The notes under the pieces are model-generated. The model did not search any database, was not told where the DNA came from, and saw only the letters and a list, made by a program, of their open reading frames with translations. A DNA stretch of 35,058 nucleotides, taken from positions 1-35,058 of IMG/VR virus record IMGVR_UViG_3300035562_000025, one strand, 5' to 3'. This DNA comes from a virus (Duplodnaviria > Caudoviricetes). Shown in pieces: positions 1-7,713 of the stretch. The first letter of the stretch is position 1; the number at the start of each line of letters is the position of its first letter. The translations under genes and the position numbers were made by a program.

Positions 1-126
1 GGTGTTAATCACGGCACCTGCACCGGTCATCAGCCCGCAGGCCAGTGGCCCGAGATACTCCAACGGAATGGCCTTATCGATCGGCACAATACTGCTGGCA
101 TTGACCACTGCGTATTGCGCAAAAGA
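1..126 (-). pseudogene. 3' continuation of the interrupted host Zn-dependent alcohol dehydrogenase (runs off the window)
   Basis: Minus strand from 126 reads SFAQYAVVNASSIVPIDKAIPLEYLGPLACGLMTGAGAVINT, the MDR-family segment that follows HSHFFGQS in the other fragment. Confidence 0.93.
123..126 (+). repeat. Target-site duplication AAGA, copy 1
   Basis: AAGA lies immediately before TGT at 127, with an identical copy at 34561-34564. Confidence 0.8.
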
Positions 127-220
127 TGTAGCGCGGCGAAAAGTTCTGGACTGTTTGGCGAAAAATTCTGGACTCGTGGCGGCATGTAAAAATGATGATT
201 TTGGACAGTCCGGAATTGAT
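127..220 (+). repeat. Phage right end (attR-equivalent) with putative transposase-binding repeats
   Basis: GGCGAAAAGTTCTGGACT (135-152) and GGCGAAAAATTCTGGACT (157-174), 22-bp period. Also TGATTTTGGAC (196-206) and an inverted AGTCCGGAATTGAT (207-220). Confidence 0.85.
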
Positions 221-311
221 TCCAAATATTAAAAGATGGCCCCCACCTCATTCTGGTGATCGAGTGGTTGTGGGCGTCATGCCAATAACACATCCCTAAT
301 CCGTGAAAGAT

Positions 312-389
312 GATCGTTCTCGCCGATCAATTGCATTGTTATCGATCGGTCATACCCATTTGAATCGAATGGCTTAATACATATACAGT
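312..389 (+). promoter_or_regulatory. Putative Dam/OxyR-type regulatory element and sigma70-like promoter
   Basis: GATC at 312, 325 and 344 (plus 258). ATCG-N7-CGAT (313-327), 17 nt, then ATCG-N7-CCAT (345-359). This abuts TTGAAT (360-365)-18 nt-TACAGT (384-389). Confidence 0.55.
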
Positions 390-426
390 TAGAAAGGATT
401 TAAAGCGGCAATATCAGGGAATTCAG

Positions 427-555
427 ATGTTCAATCTAAGTGTGTTGGGAATGGTATTAGCTTTGGCTGGTAGTGGCTGTGTAATTATTGCAGTATTGGC
501 TATTAAAATATCATCCAAACGAACACCGCATTATGAACTAAACAAGTACGATTAG
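427..555 (+). CDS. 42-aa single-transmembrane peptide (moron-like, not in the ORF track)
   Basis: MFNLSVLGMVLALAGSGCVIIAVLAIKISSKRTPHYELNKYD*. AGGGA lies 6 nt before the ATG. About 22 hydrophobic residues are followed by a basic tail, and a terminator starts at the stop codon. Confidence 0.65.
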   Translation: MFNLSVLGMVLALAGSGCVIIAVLAIKISSKRTPHYELNKYD

Positions 556-580
556 CCCGGCAATGCCGGGCTTTTGCTTT
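554..580 (+). terminator. Rho-independent terminator for the + strand peptide gene
   Basis: AGCCCGGCA-A-TGCCGGGCT inverted repeat followed by TTTGCTTT. The T-tract is only on the + strand. It lies between convergent stop codons. Confidence 0.75.
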
Positions 581-1121
581 ATGCTGGTTGCTTAGGCCAT
601 GCGATGTTAGGTGCCAAACTTACATCAACGGCCTGTACTTTCTGCACGTACTCCATCCATTCAATCAATGATTTTTTATCCCCTTCACTAATCATTCCCA
701 ACATCAATTGTGTTTGCCATGCTTGCGTCTTTTTATTAGCGGTCGCCATTAGCCTTGCCTTTTGTAATTCAGCCTGCGCTTGTAGTTCGCCAGGGGTGTA
801 AACGCGTTTGACGATGCTTTCACCGTCAAATACCCACGCGCCAGATATATCCGCCCGGCGGTTAGCCGTAGTATCCAGCACTTCGGCAACGCTAAAACCC
901 ACTGGCCACAGGGTCGAGACATCTTTGTTATCTGCGATGCTTCGGATAATGCCTTTGTCATCGAATGCAAATTTTATAGTGTCTGGTGAAAAATCCTTCT
1001 GACAGCCATACCATTCTGTGCCGTTCTCATCGTAGAGAAACATCGTGTTGTGTTGATTACGCAATTTAAGATGCTCGGCAGTTTTTGGTTCACCTAACGT
1101 GAAATTCTTAAATATTTTCAT
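579..1121 (-). CDS. Tail fibre assembly chaperone (Tfa / Caudo_TAP-like)
   Basis: Directly downstream of the tail fibre. N-terminal G-x-x-WY motif and a C-terminal L..W..Y...V..VD.S.AP.I.WP..P signature. Confidence 0.88.
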   Translation of the reverse strand: MKIFKNFTLGEPKTAEHLKLRNQHNTMFLYDENGTEWYGCQKDFSPDTIKFAFDDKGIIRSIADNKDVSTLWPVGFSVAEVLDTTANRRADISGAWVFDGESIVKRVYTPGELQAQAELQKARLMATANKKTQAWQTQLMLGMISEGDKKSLIEWMEYVQKVQAVDVSLAPNIAWPKQPA

Positions 1122-1124
1122 TGA

Positions 1125-2459
1125 TTAACGTCCTATCGTTAGCCATTGACCGTTTTTGTAAATCTGAATGTAGCTCCAGAACAACTCTTCAGCGGAATAA
1201 TCACCATCCCAGTTGTTAAAGCCTGTTAATACGGTGTTTTCGTGATATGTATAAATACCTGTAGCACCGTGTTGCGTTTCAGCGGTATACCTGACGTTTT
1301 GAATAAAGTTTTGGTTTACGTAATCCCACGTTGCGCGGGTGTTTATATTGTTGTCGCGTGCGGTAAGTTCCCTGTTTAACCAGTTACTGAGATAGCCTCC
1401 CCACAATGTGCCTTCAATATTCGCGTCAGGGTGGAAGGTTGCCCCAGAGCTGGTTTGTATAACCGGCCAATTACCCGCGAGATATAAAGAACCATCATTT
1501 CGAAACTCAGGCCAGGCATCCAGGCCACCGCCGCGAATCCGCCAGCGCAGGGCTGTACGCACCCCCACGGTTTCAAGAAAATGAGACTCGGCGGATTGCT
1601 CGCCAACACCTTGAAGAATGAAGCCGTTTGTTTGGTTGTGATTAATACCACTGCTCTGATAGCTGCTTATCCCTGTTTTCTTGATAAAATTCGGGTTGTC
1701 GAATGATAATTGGGTGCCTATCGTCACCGACCCCGAGCTAGTGTTAACAGTTAGCGGCCTTAGGTCGTTAAATCCTCCCCACTGGTCATCAGCATTTGTG
1801 AGCATTAAATACAGGTTGTTGCCGTCATTACGCCAGAAAGTGCCATATCGACCTGCAGCAATGCGATATGTATCAGAATACGTTGAGCCCAGTGGGCCAC
1901 TCATTCGATCACCGGTCTTTGCAACAGCATCAACATCAGCAGCAGTAGGTTTATATGCAGTGGTATAAACGCGATTCCATCGGACGCCATTCGTCGGGAT
2001 AGTTGAACTTCCCACCCACGCAGCACCGGCATTGCTGACAGCGACGTAGGCTGTGGATGGGCCACCATCACAAGGCAAGCTAACCACGCCGGTCACACCC
2101 GCTGCGGGGGCATTTGCGGAGGTATTATTGACGCGGTAGATTTCCCCGACATTGTTATATGCATCGTCTTTGTGATTTGAACCCCCGCCCAGGCCAAAAT
2201 CACCGACCTTTAAATAACCGTCCGTCGCTGCGCCCGCGAGCTTATTAATCGCTTCCAATAACTGGTCTTGCTTGTCTGGGTCGGGTTCAATATCTACCGC
2301 GCTCAGAACGTTAATAATCTCTTGCTGTGTATCCCGAGTGGCTGACTGGTCATTATTTAAAAATTTAGAGGTGACAATGGTTCCCTCAATACCTTGAGTT
2401 GGGTCACCGTCGTGAAATAAATTGTCCGGAGTATCAATCGGAGGCATCAAGTTTTGCAT
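1125..2459 (-). CDS. Tail fibre protein
   Basis: Mu gp49/S-like N-terminus (FHDGDP..G..GTIV...FLN..Q.EI.NVL....I.PD...DQLL.AI). Fibre motifs include VYTTAYKPTAADV, KTGDRMSG and G.I.GT.WGGYLS.WL. Start placed at MQNL, overlapping the upstream stop. Confidence 0.9.
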   Translation of the reverse strand: MQNLMPPIDTPDNLFHDGDPTQGIEGTIVTSKFLNNDQSATRDTQQEIINVLSAVDIEPDPDKQDQLLEAINKLAGAATDGYLKVGDFGLGGGSNHKDDAYNNVGEIYRVNNTSANAPAAGVTGVVSLPCDGGPSTAYVAVSNAGAAWVGSSTIPTNGVRWNRVYTTAYKPTAADVDAVAKTGDRMSGPLGSTYSDTYRIAAGRYGTFWRNDGNNLYLMLTNADDQWGGFNDLRPLTVNTSSGSVTIGTQLSFDNPNFIKKTGISSYQSSGINHNQTNGFILQGVGEQSAESHFLETVGVRTALRWRIRGGGLDAWPEFRNDGSLYLAGNWPVIQTSSGATFHPDANIEGTLWGGYLSNWLNRELTARDNNINTRATWDYVNQNFIQNVRYTAETQHGATGIYTYHENTVLTGFNNWDGDYSAEELFWSYIQIYKNGQWLTIGR

Positions 2460-3031
2460 TATTCGTTCTCCTCGTAAGTAAAATAGCAATCCGTAAACGC
2501 GGGTTTAAGGTCTTTAAATGTGCTTTCTAAAATGGATTCACCGAATGCTAATAACGGCTCACCTGCAGCCGATGCTCCGGCTCTAAACCGGTATTTCGGG
2601 GTAATCGCCTCCAACACGTTCACCTGCCAGACCCAACGCATCCCTTCGACGTACAGGCGATCACCACATCGGTTAACCCCGGCCTGAAAGGCCCGGGGTT
2701 CGGTGATGGTGATGGTGTACCCGAGACTGGCGGCCAGGCTGGTGAAGTACGGTATGGATAGCCCACCCGTCGCGGCCATCTTGACCAGCACATTCTGGCG
2801 GCGTTCCTGCTGCGTGGCCCCATCACGGGGGGCGACCTCATAGACCCGCTCCCAGTCGGAGAGCGTCACGGATGAATAAAAGGGCGTAATTGATGCCAGA
2901 ACGCTGGCTGCTGATGCACGAACGGTGTCCATCAAATTGGCTTCCGCGTTTAATTCAGCGGACAGGTTCTGGCCATTAGGGTCATAGCTGACGGGCGGGA
3001 GTAATGCCCGGAATAAATCAACCGTATTCAT
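2459..3031 (-). CDS. Baseplate wedge protein, Mu gp48-like (YmfQ/DUF2313)
   Basis: LLPP, L.DWERV, GGLSIPYF..LA..LGY.I.I.E and LE..F..LKPA.T motifs. Lies between baseplate J and the fibre. Confidence 0.9.
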   Translation of the reverse strand: MNTVDLFRALLPPVSYDPNGQNLSAELNAEANLMDTVRASAASVLASITPFYSSVTLSDWERVYEVAPRDGATQQERRQNVLVKMAATGGLSIPYFTSLAASLGYTITITEPRAFQAGVNRCGDRLYVEGMRWVWQVNVLEAITPKYRFRAGASAAGEPLLAFGESILESTFKDLKPAFTDCYFTYEENE

Positions 3032-4098
3032 GCCAGCGGCTCCACCGTAATATTCCCGGCTCTTAACCATTCCCATGTTGTCTCATTAATCACCGCCGTG
3101 ACGTTCCCGGCAGGCGTAATTATTTTGCGGTCGGTCACACCGCTAATTAATGAAATTTCGGTTTCTAGCTGGGAAATAATAAGCGATTGCCCAGGCTCCA
3201 ATCGGTTCATAAAGTCAGTAATAACTGACTGAACCAAGGGCGTGACCTGCGCTATCGTTAGGCCACTGACGGCAACCTGAACCACAAAATCAACCGACTT
3301 TTTCGTCGGGGCTAATATCAGCGTATCTTTCGCTGTCACCGGGCGAAGGTCCTCAATATGCGCCTGAACGGCGTTTATCAGGTCCTGCGGCGGCAGATCA
3401 TTATTTGACGTAATGGCCACGTCCACGGTCCCAAGCCCTCGACGCAGCGGCTCGACATAAGCCGAGGTGACGCCGTCGACCTCTAACGCCCAGCGCTTAT
3501 AGTCGTACTTGTTGCCGCCTGCCGGTGGCTTGCGCAGAATGTCCAGGTAACGCGCCAGCAAGCTGGCATTCAATTCCGTATCGGTCCCCCCCGTCAGAGG
3601 GTTAACGGTCACCGTACTGTTAATCCCTTCAGGCGGGCTGACCAATGTCGCTGTGACGGCGGTTGTGGTATTGGTTGCTGCGCCGGTGGCTGTGCTTTTG
3701 ACCGGCGCAATGCCCGTCCCATCATCGCCAATGGTGCAGGTGTCAGTGGTCGTGACGCTGACGCCTTCGACCCGAATTTGTGCGCCAGCCGGGAGAACCT
3801 TTCCAGCTGTGCCCGTGACGCCTGCCGTGCTGGACGAACCGGTAGCCTTTTTGCGGTAAACGTTGCGGGTCCGACAGTGCAACTCCAGATTTTCGGTGTC
3901 GGCGGTGTCGGGGAAAATCTGGCGAACAACCCAGCCCTGGTGTGCATAGAGACCATCGGCTACCCCGGAAACGGCATTAGCGCGAACGCCATAATCGCTG
4001 TCGGTGCCAGTGTCGATGTTTTCATCCGGGAGCGCGTTTTTAATGTCACGCAGTTGGCGGTCTGTGCTTTCCGCGACAGTAGGGACGGGGAATGTCAT
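3028..4098 (-). CDS. Baseplate J-like protein (Mu gp47)
   Basis: QIFPDTAD, GGTD.E....L..R, PPAGGN..DY..WA and RGLGTVDV motifs. Confidence 0.93.
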   Translation of the reverse strand: MTFPVPTVAESTDRQLRDIKNALPDENIDTGTDSDYGVRANAVSGVADGLYAHQGWVVRQIFPDTADTENLELHCRTRNVYRKKATGSSSTAGVTGTAGKVLPAGAQIRVEGVSVTTTDTCTIGDDGTGIAPVKSTATGAATNTTTAVTATLVSPPEGINSTVTVNPLTGGTDTELNASLLARYLDILRKPPAGGNKYDYKRWALEVDGVTSAYVEPLRRGLGTVDVAITSNNDLPPQDLINAVQAHIEDLRPVTAKDTLILAPTKKSVDFVVQVAVSGLTIAQVTPLVQSVITDFMNRLEPGQSLIISQLETEISLISGVTDRKIITPAGNVTAVINETTWEWLRAGNITVEPLA

Positions 4099-4448
4099 CA
4101 GGTGATCCTTACGGGGTGTTTGAACGTGTGGGGAGTGCCTGAGCCATCTTTAACGGTGATGTTCAGGAACAGCCACCCCGTCGGGCCTTTTTGCGTGTCG
4201 ACGGTAATGGATTGTGCTCGCCCGTCATTCAACAACGGTTGAAGCGCCTGCTCTGAATACTGAGCGGCCAGCAGCTTGACCCGGGAAACGTCTTTTTCCC
4301 GCTTCAGCTCGTTGAGACGTGACCCCAGCGCGGGGTCGGCCCAGTAGCTCCCAAGCGGAGTTTCAAGGCGCAGATAAACCGCGTTCTGAAGTGAATCAAT
4401 CCGGCTGTGAGTGTAATCGCCGGTCGTGGGGGAAATATTCTGGTCCAT
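4098..4448 (-). CDS. Baseplate protein, Mu gp46-like
   Basis: L.NAVYLRL.TPLGSYWAD..LGSRL..L.REK and EQALQPL..DGRA motifs. Confidence 0.9.
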   Translation of the reverse strand: MDQNISPTTGDYTHSRIDSLQNAVYLRLETPLGSYWADPALGSRLNELKREKDVSRVKLLAAQYSEQALQPLLNDGRAQSITVDTQKGPTGWLFLNITVKDGSGTPHTFKHPVRIT

Positions 4449-4454
4449 GCTGCC

Positions 4455-4500
4455 AGTGTGGCAGCATGGCTAAGGGGGTAGCGGCTGAGGGGGTTCAGCG
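4455..4500 (-). promoter_or_regulatory. Putative activator-dependent late promoter upstream of gp46
   Basis: GCTGA-ACCCCC-TCAGC dyad plus CGCTACCCC, nearly identical to 16535-16560. CACACT -10-like hexamer at 4460-4455. Confidence 0.75.
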
Positions 4501-4501
4501 A

Positions 4502-5164
4502 TTAGGCTATTGGCTTGCCGGTCGGATTGCCGCCGTCGCCGTTCGGGTGTTCGTGGTCAGTGAGTGAAACGTTCCCGGCTTTAACATCGCCGTCCGTCTC
4601 ATAATTACCACCGGTCTGGCGGAGTGTACCCTCAAAGGTTGCCGTTGCGCCATCTTCTCCGCCTTTGATGGCCATCCCGCCGTTACCGCTGATTTTACCC
4701 GTTGCGATAACCTGCTGGCTGGCCGTGACTTTCGGTGTCGTAAAGTCGGCGCTTTCCTCGGCTTCCACCTCATAAGTCTTGCACTTAACACGGTAGACGT
4801 CGCACGTCGCCTCAATAATTTTCCCGCGCTTCAGGACCACGCTTGCGCCTTCGTCGGTGTAGAGGGCCACTTCCCCAGGGCTGAGTTCTTTTAGCCTGTA
4901 GGTCCCGTGTTCAGTGGCCACGATGACGGTGTGGGACGTCTGGCCATTGAGCGGGACCGCGATCCCCATGCATCCGGCAGGCGGATTGGAGGTGTAGCCA
5001 TAGTGCTGAAAATACTCTGCCCCGTCCAGTTTCTCCCCGGCCAGTCCACTGAGCTGGAGCATCTGGACCTTCGTCGTGCTGTCGGTGGAACCAGTGACAA
5101 CACGAAACGCCTGGCGAATATTTTGGAGCGCTTGCCCTATGCGTTGGTTCACTTTTTGCCACAT
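4502..5164 (-). CDS. Baseplate spike protein (Mu gp45 / gpV-like)
   Basis: EYFQHYG.TS.PP, GEVALY.DEG and C-terminal SL..H.H metal-binding tip motif. Start placed at MWQKV. Confidence 0.92.
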   Translation of the reverse strand: MWQKVNQRIGQALQNIRQAFRVVTGSTDSTTKVQMLQLSGLAGEKLDGAEYFQHYGYTSNPPAGCMGIAVPLNGQTSHTVIVATEHGTYRLKELSPGEVALYTDEGASVVLKRGKIIEATCDVYRVKCKTYEVEAEESADFTTPKVTASQQVIATGKISGNGGMAIKGGEDGATATFEGTLRQTGGNYETDGDVKAGNVSLTDHEHPNGDGGNPTGKPIA

Positions 5165-5174
5165 GGTAATGTCC

Positions 5175-6377
5175 TCATACGTCCACGATTGCCACGTCGT
5201 TTTTACCTTTCTTGCCACGACGGTGGCGGCGTTTTTTCTCACGCGGGAACGCGTCAGGTATCCACACGCCATCCTCTTTAAATCTCAGGCTGGTTGCCTG
5301 GCCATTACGCCCGCCACTGAACTGGCGACCCATCAGGAAAAAAATGGCGTCAAAGCCGTGAGGTTCACTGACAATGCGGACCCGTTGGCCTGGCTCCCAC
5401 AGGACGCCGTCAGCGGTTCTGTGGCCTGCCACCTCGGCGCTGATATCCCAGCCTGACAGCCGGGCATCGCTCATGGATTTTTTAGCCCTGTAGTTGACCT
5501 GCTCCATGTTGTTGGTGTCCCCGATGGTGATTATCTGCGGGCGGTAATACGCCACCGTCGGGTCGGTGGCCACGGCTTTCATGTTGTGGGAGCCGGTCTG
5601 GCTGTCGCCTGTATTGTCGCTGGCGGATTTTAGTATCACGCGACCGTTATCGTCCCAAATATCCATCGGGAGCGGGGCTGTATCACTTTTGCTGTCTGCG
5701 CGGCGGGCATGGCCCTGAGCCAATGCGGTCAGCTCCGAATAGCAACCATTAATAGAACGGTTGTCCTCCAGGGATAAAACGTTATTGCCGGTGCCGTCAT
5801 TCTTCAGGACCAGCGTAGCGACTGGCTTAGCCGAGTAATCCGGGCCACCGACGATTAATGTCCCGTCAGCCGCCTGCCATGCCCACAGACCGCGACCGGC
5901 GGCGGCCTTCTCCAGTGCGTCCCACGCCCGCGTTCCCGGCTCAATCGTTACCTTGTCGTTACGCGGGGCGCTGTCAGCCTGTACGCGGATATTACGGATC
6001 CCCAGCGGCCTGACTATCTTCTCGATGACCTCGTCCAGGGTAAGCTGATTGGCACTGAAGACCGGTGCGGCGCAGTCGACCAGAATGGCCGCGTCATCAC
6101 GCCCGGTCAGTGCTAACGAATAGTTCTGCCGGGAGACAATGCGGCGAACCGAATCAATCCTGCCACTGAGGACGGTCTCGCCGCCGACCTGGAGCTTCAC
6201 CGCCGCACCGCGCACAATGTCCGCCGGGAAGGTCTTATCCGGCAGGCCGAGCGATAATTGCCAGGCGTCCGCAGGCTTTAAAAAATCGCTGTCGATGCGA
6301 TAGTTTGACCAATCAGAGTGCACCCGGCCAGCAATGACCAGGCTGATAATATCCCGTTCATCATTTTGCGTAGGCAT
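5175..6377 (-). CDS. Baseplate hub protein (Mu gp44/P-like)
   Basis: W..Y.IDSDFL.PAD.W, L.GRD....LVDC and G.LW.PGQRV motifs, plus synteny. Confidence 0.9.
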   Translation of the reverse strand: MPTQNDERDIISLVIAGRVHSDWSNYRIDSDFLKPADAWQLSLGLPDKTFPADIVRGAAVKLQVGGETVLSGRIDSVRRIVSRQNYSLALTGRDDAAILVDCAAPVFSANQLTLDEVIEKIVRPLGIRNIRVQADSAPRNDKVTIEPGTRAWDALEKAAAGRGLWAWQAADGTLIVGGPDYSAKPVATLVLKNDGTGNNVLSLEDNRSINGCYSELTALAQGHARRADSKSDTAPLPMDIWDDNGRVILKSASDNTGDSQTGSHNMKAVATDPTVAYYRPQIITIGDTNNMEQVNYRAKKSMSDARLSGWDISAEVAGHRTADGVLWEPGQRVRIVSEPHGFDAIFFLMGRQFSGGRNGQATSLRFKEDGVWIPDAFPREKKRRHRRGKKGKNDVAIVDV

Positions 6378-7713
6378 TGAGGACCATCCCGGCGGTGATA
6401 AGGTTCGGATCCCGAACCTGTGGATTCAGGCGAAGCAGCTCCGCTGCGCGGTTATGATCGGCGTACCAGTCATGCGCCAGAAGACGCAGGCAGCTGTCGG
6501 CCTGTACGTATTTACGGGTCAACGGTGGGCGACGGGACAGAACCAGCAGCCCTAAAGCCTGCACTGCCAGCCCTGTGCTCTCCAGACCATCAACCAGCGA
6601 CAGCCACATGATCCCAATCGGGGATGCGGTTTCGGTTATCAGCGCCCGGCCTGGCTCGTAACGTGAGCGTAAGAACGTGATGGACGATTGGATCCTGGTG
6701 CGGACATCATCAACCAGCTTTTCGATATCGTCGGGCGTGAGTAAGGTCGTCTGCGCTTCATCCGATAACATCGCGCAGGCCGCACTGGCCAGCTCCGTCA
6801 CGGCGGACACTGAATAAGCTGCTTTAACATCCTGCACGTCAGACAACGACGAGCCAGACGGTAGTGGGACGACTGGGGTCACATCGCCATTAATAAAGGA
6901 CTCCGGCAAATCAACCAGGCTGTCCATATCGCTGACAACCTCATTCCAACTGGAGACCACCGTCGACGGCGTGGCTGCATCGGGTACGGCTGGAGCCATC
7001 CCGAGGGTCGTCACGGGGGCTGACACCGCCAGGGAAGGAACGGCGCTGGCCACGTTGGTGGTGTGAACTTCCAGGACGTTACTCAGCTCCTGAATAAACT
7101 TACCGGGGGAACTGGCCAGCCCGACCAACTGATCGGCGCTATAGCTCACGTCACTTTTAAACGTCAGCAGCGTGTTAATGAGTGTGGACTCAATGGTTTT
7201 ACCCCGTTTAATGAGGCTATTAACGGTATTTAATGGCGCAGTAATGGCGGCGAAAAAATCGCCCAGCTCGTTGGTGAGTCGGTCCAGTTCGTCGAATAAT
7301 GCGCTGCCGAACATCTCCGGTAATGCGGTGCTGAACAGCGTGGTTCCGGTCCGGTTCTCCAAAAAATTCAGCTCCACCGTACAGCTGTCTGGATTCTCGG
7401 CATCATGTCGGATGTCATAACTGGGGACGATGACTGACGGAATGGAACCATAAACCGGGTGGATCAGTTCACCGTCGCCAGGCTCGTCCAAGACAGCGAT
7501 CAAACGCTGTAACCGGTATTCGTAGGTGTCGCCCCACAAGAACGCAGTCAAGCGGAACGTTCGCGGCTTCCGCCCGAGGTCCTTCACGTCTGCACCGTCG
7601 ACGTTAGGGTATTCATACTGCGCATGATCGCGGCTGATTTGTTCGTTTGTGGCCGTGACGTCGAATGTCACGCCCCTGAATGATGCTATTTGCAGATTAT
7701 CAGCCCAGCCCAT
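6361..7713 (-). CDS. DNA circularization protein (Mu gp43/N-like)
   Basis: ASFRGV.F, EYP..DG....DLG and GELIHP.YG motifs, with C-terminal LAH.WY.D..RA.EL.RLNP. Confidence 0.92.
   Translation of the reverse strand: MGWADNLQIASFRGVTFDVTATNEQISRDHAQYEYPNVDGADVKDLGRKPRTFRLTAFLWGDTYEYRLQRLIAVLDEPGDGELIHPVYGSIPSVIVPSYDIRHDAENPDSCTVELNFLENRTGTTLFSTALPEMFGSALFDELDRLTNELGDFFAAITAPLNTVNSLIKRGKTIESTLINTLLTFKSDVSYSADQLVGLASSPGKFIQELSNVLEVHTTNVASAVPSLAVSAPVTTLGMAPAVPDAATPSTVVSSWNEVVSDMDSLVDLPESFINGDVTPVVPLPSGSSLSDVQDVKAAYSVSAVTELASAACAMLSDEAQTTLLTPDDIEKLVDDVRTRIQSSITFLRSRYEPGRALITETASPIGIMWLSLVDGLESTGLAVQALGLLVLSRRPPLTRKYVQADSCLRLLAHDWYADHNRAAELLRLNPQVRDPNLITAGMVLNAYAK

Noticed and set aside
122-126. 5-bp duplication AAAGA (122-126 and 34560-34564)
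   Set aside because: It would consume the terminal A of the conserved CA and break the in-register alignment of the two ends. Kept only as an alternative explanation.
135-174. Tandem 18-bp repeats as a possible CRISPR remnant
   Set aside because: Only two copies with a 4-nt gap, matching motifs at the other phage end, and no cas genes.
235-285. Imperfect hairpin near the phage right end as a possible sRNA or type I antitoxin
   Set aside because: Pairing is weak and bulged, it has no evident promoter or terminator, and it does not overlap the peptide gene.
2-293. ORFs 2..232 (+) and 30..293 (-)
   Set aside because: Both straddle the host/phage junction and the end repeats. The real coding frame here is the dehydrogenase remnant.
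373-388. LexA-box-like CTTAATACATATACAG overlapping the peptide promoter
   Set aside because: The right half matches, but the left half lacks the essential CTG, so SOS control is not supported.
1125-2459. Diversity-generating retroelement or shufflon acting on the tail fibre
   Set aside because: No reverse transcriptase, recombinase, template/variable repeat pair or crossover repeats were seen.
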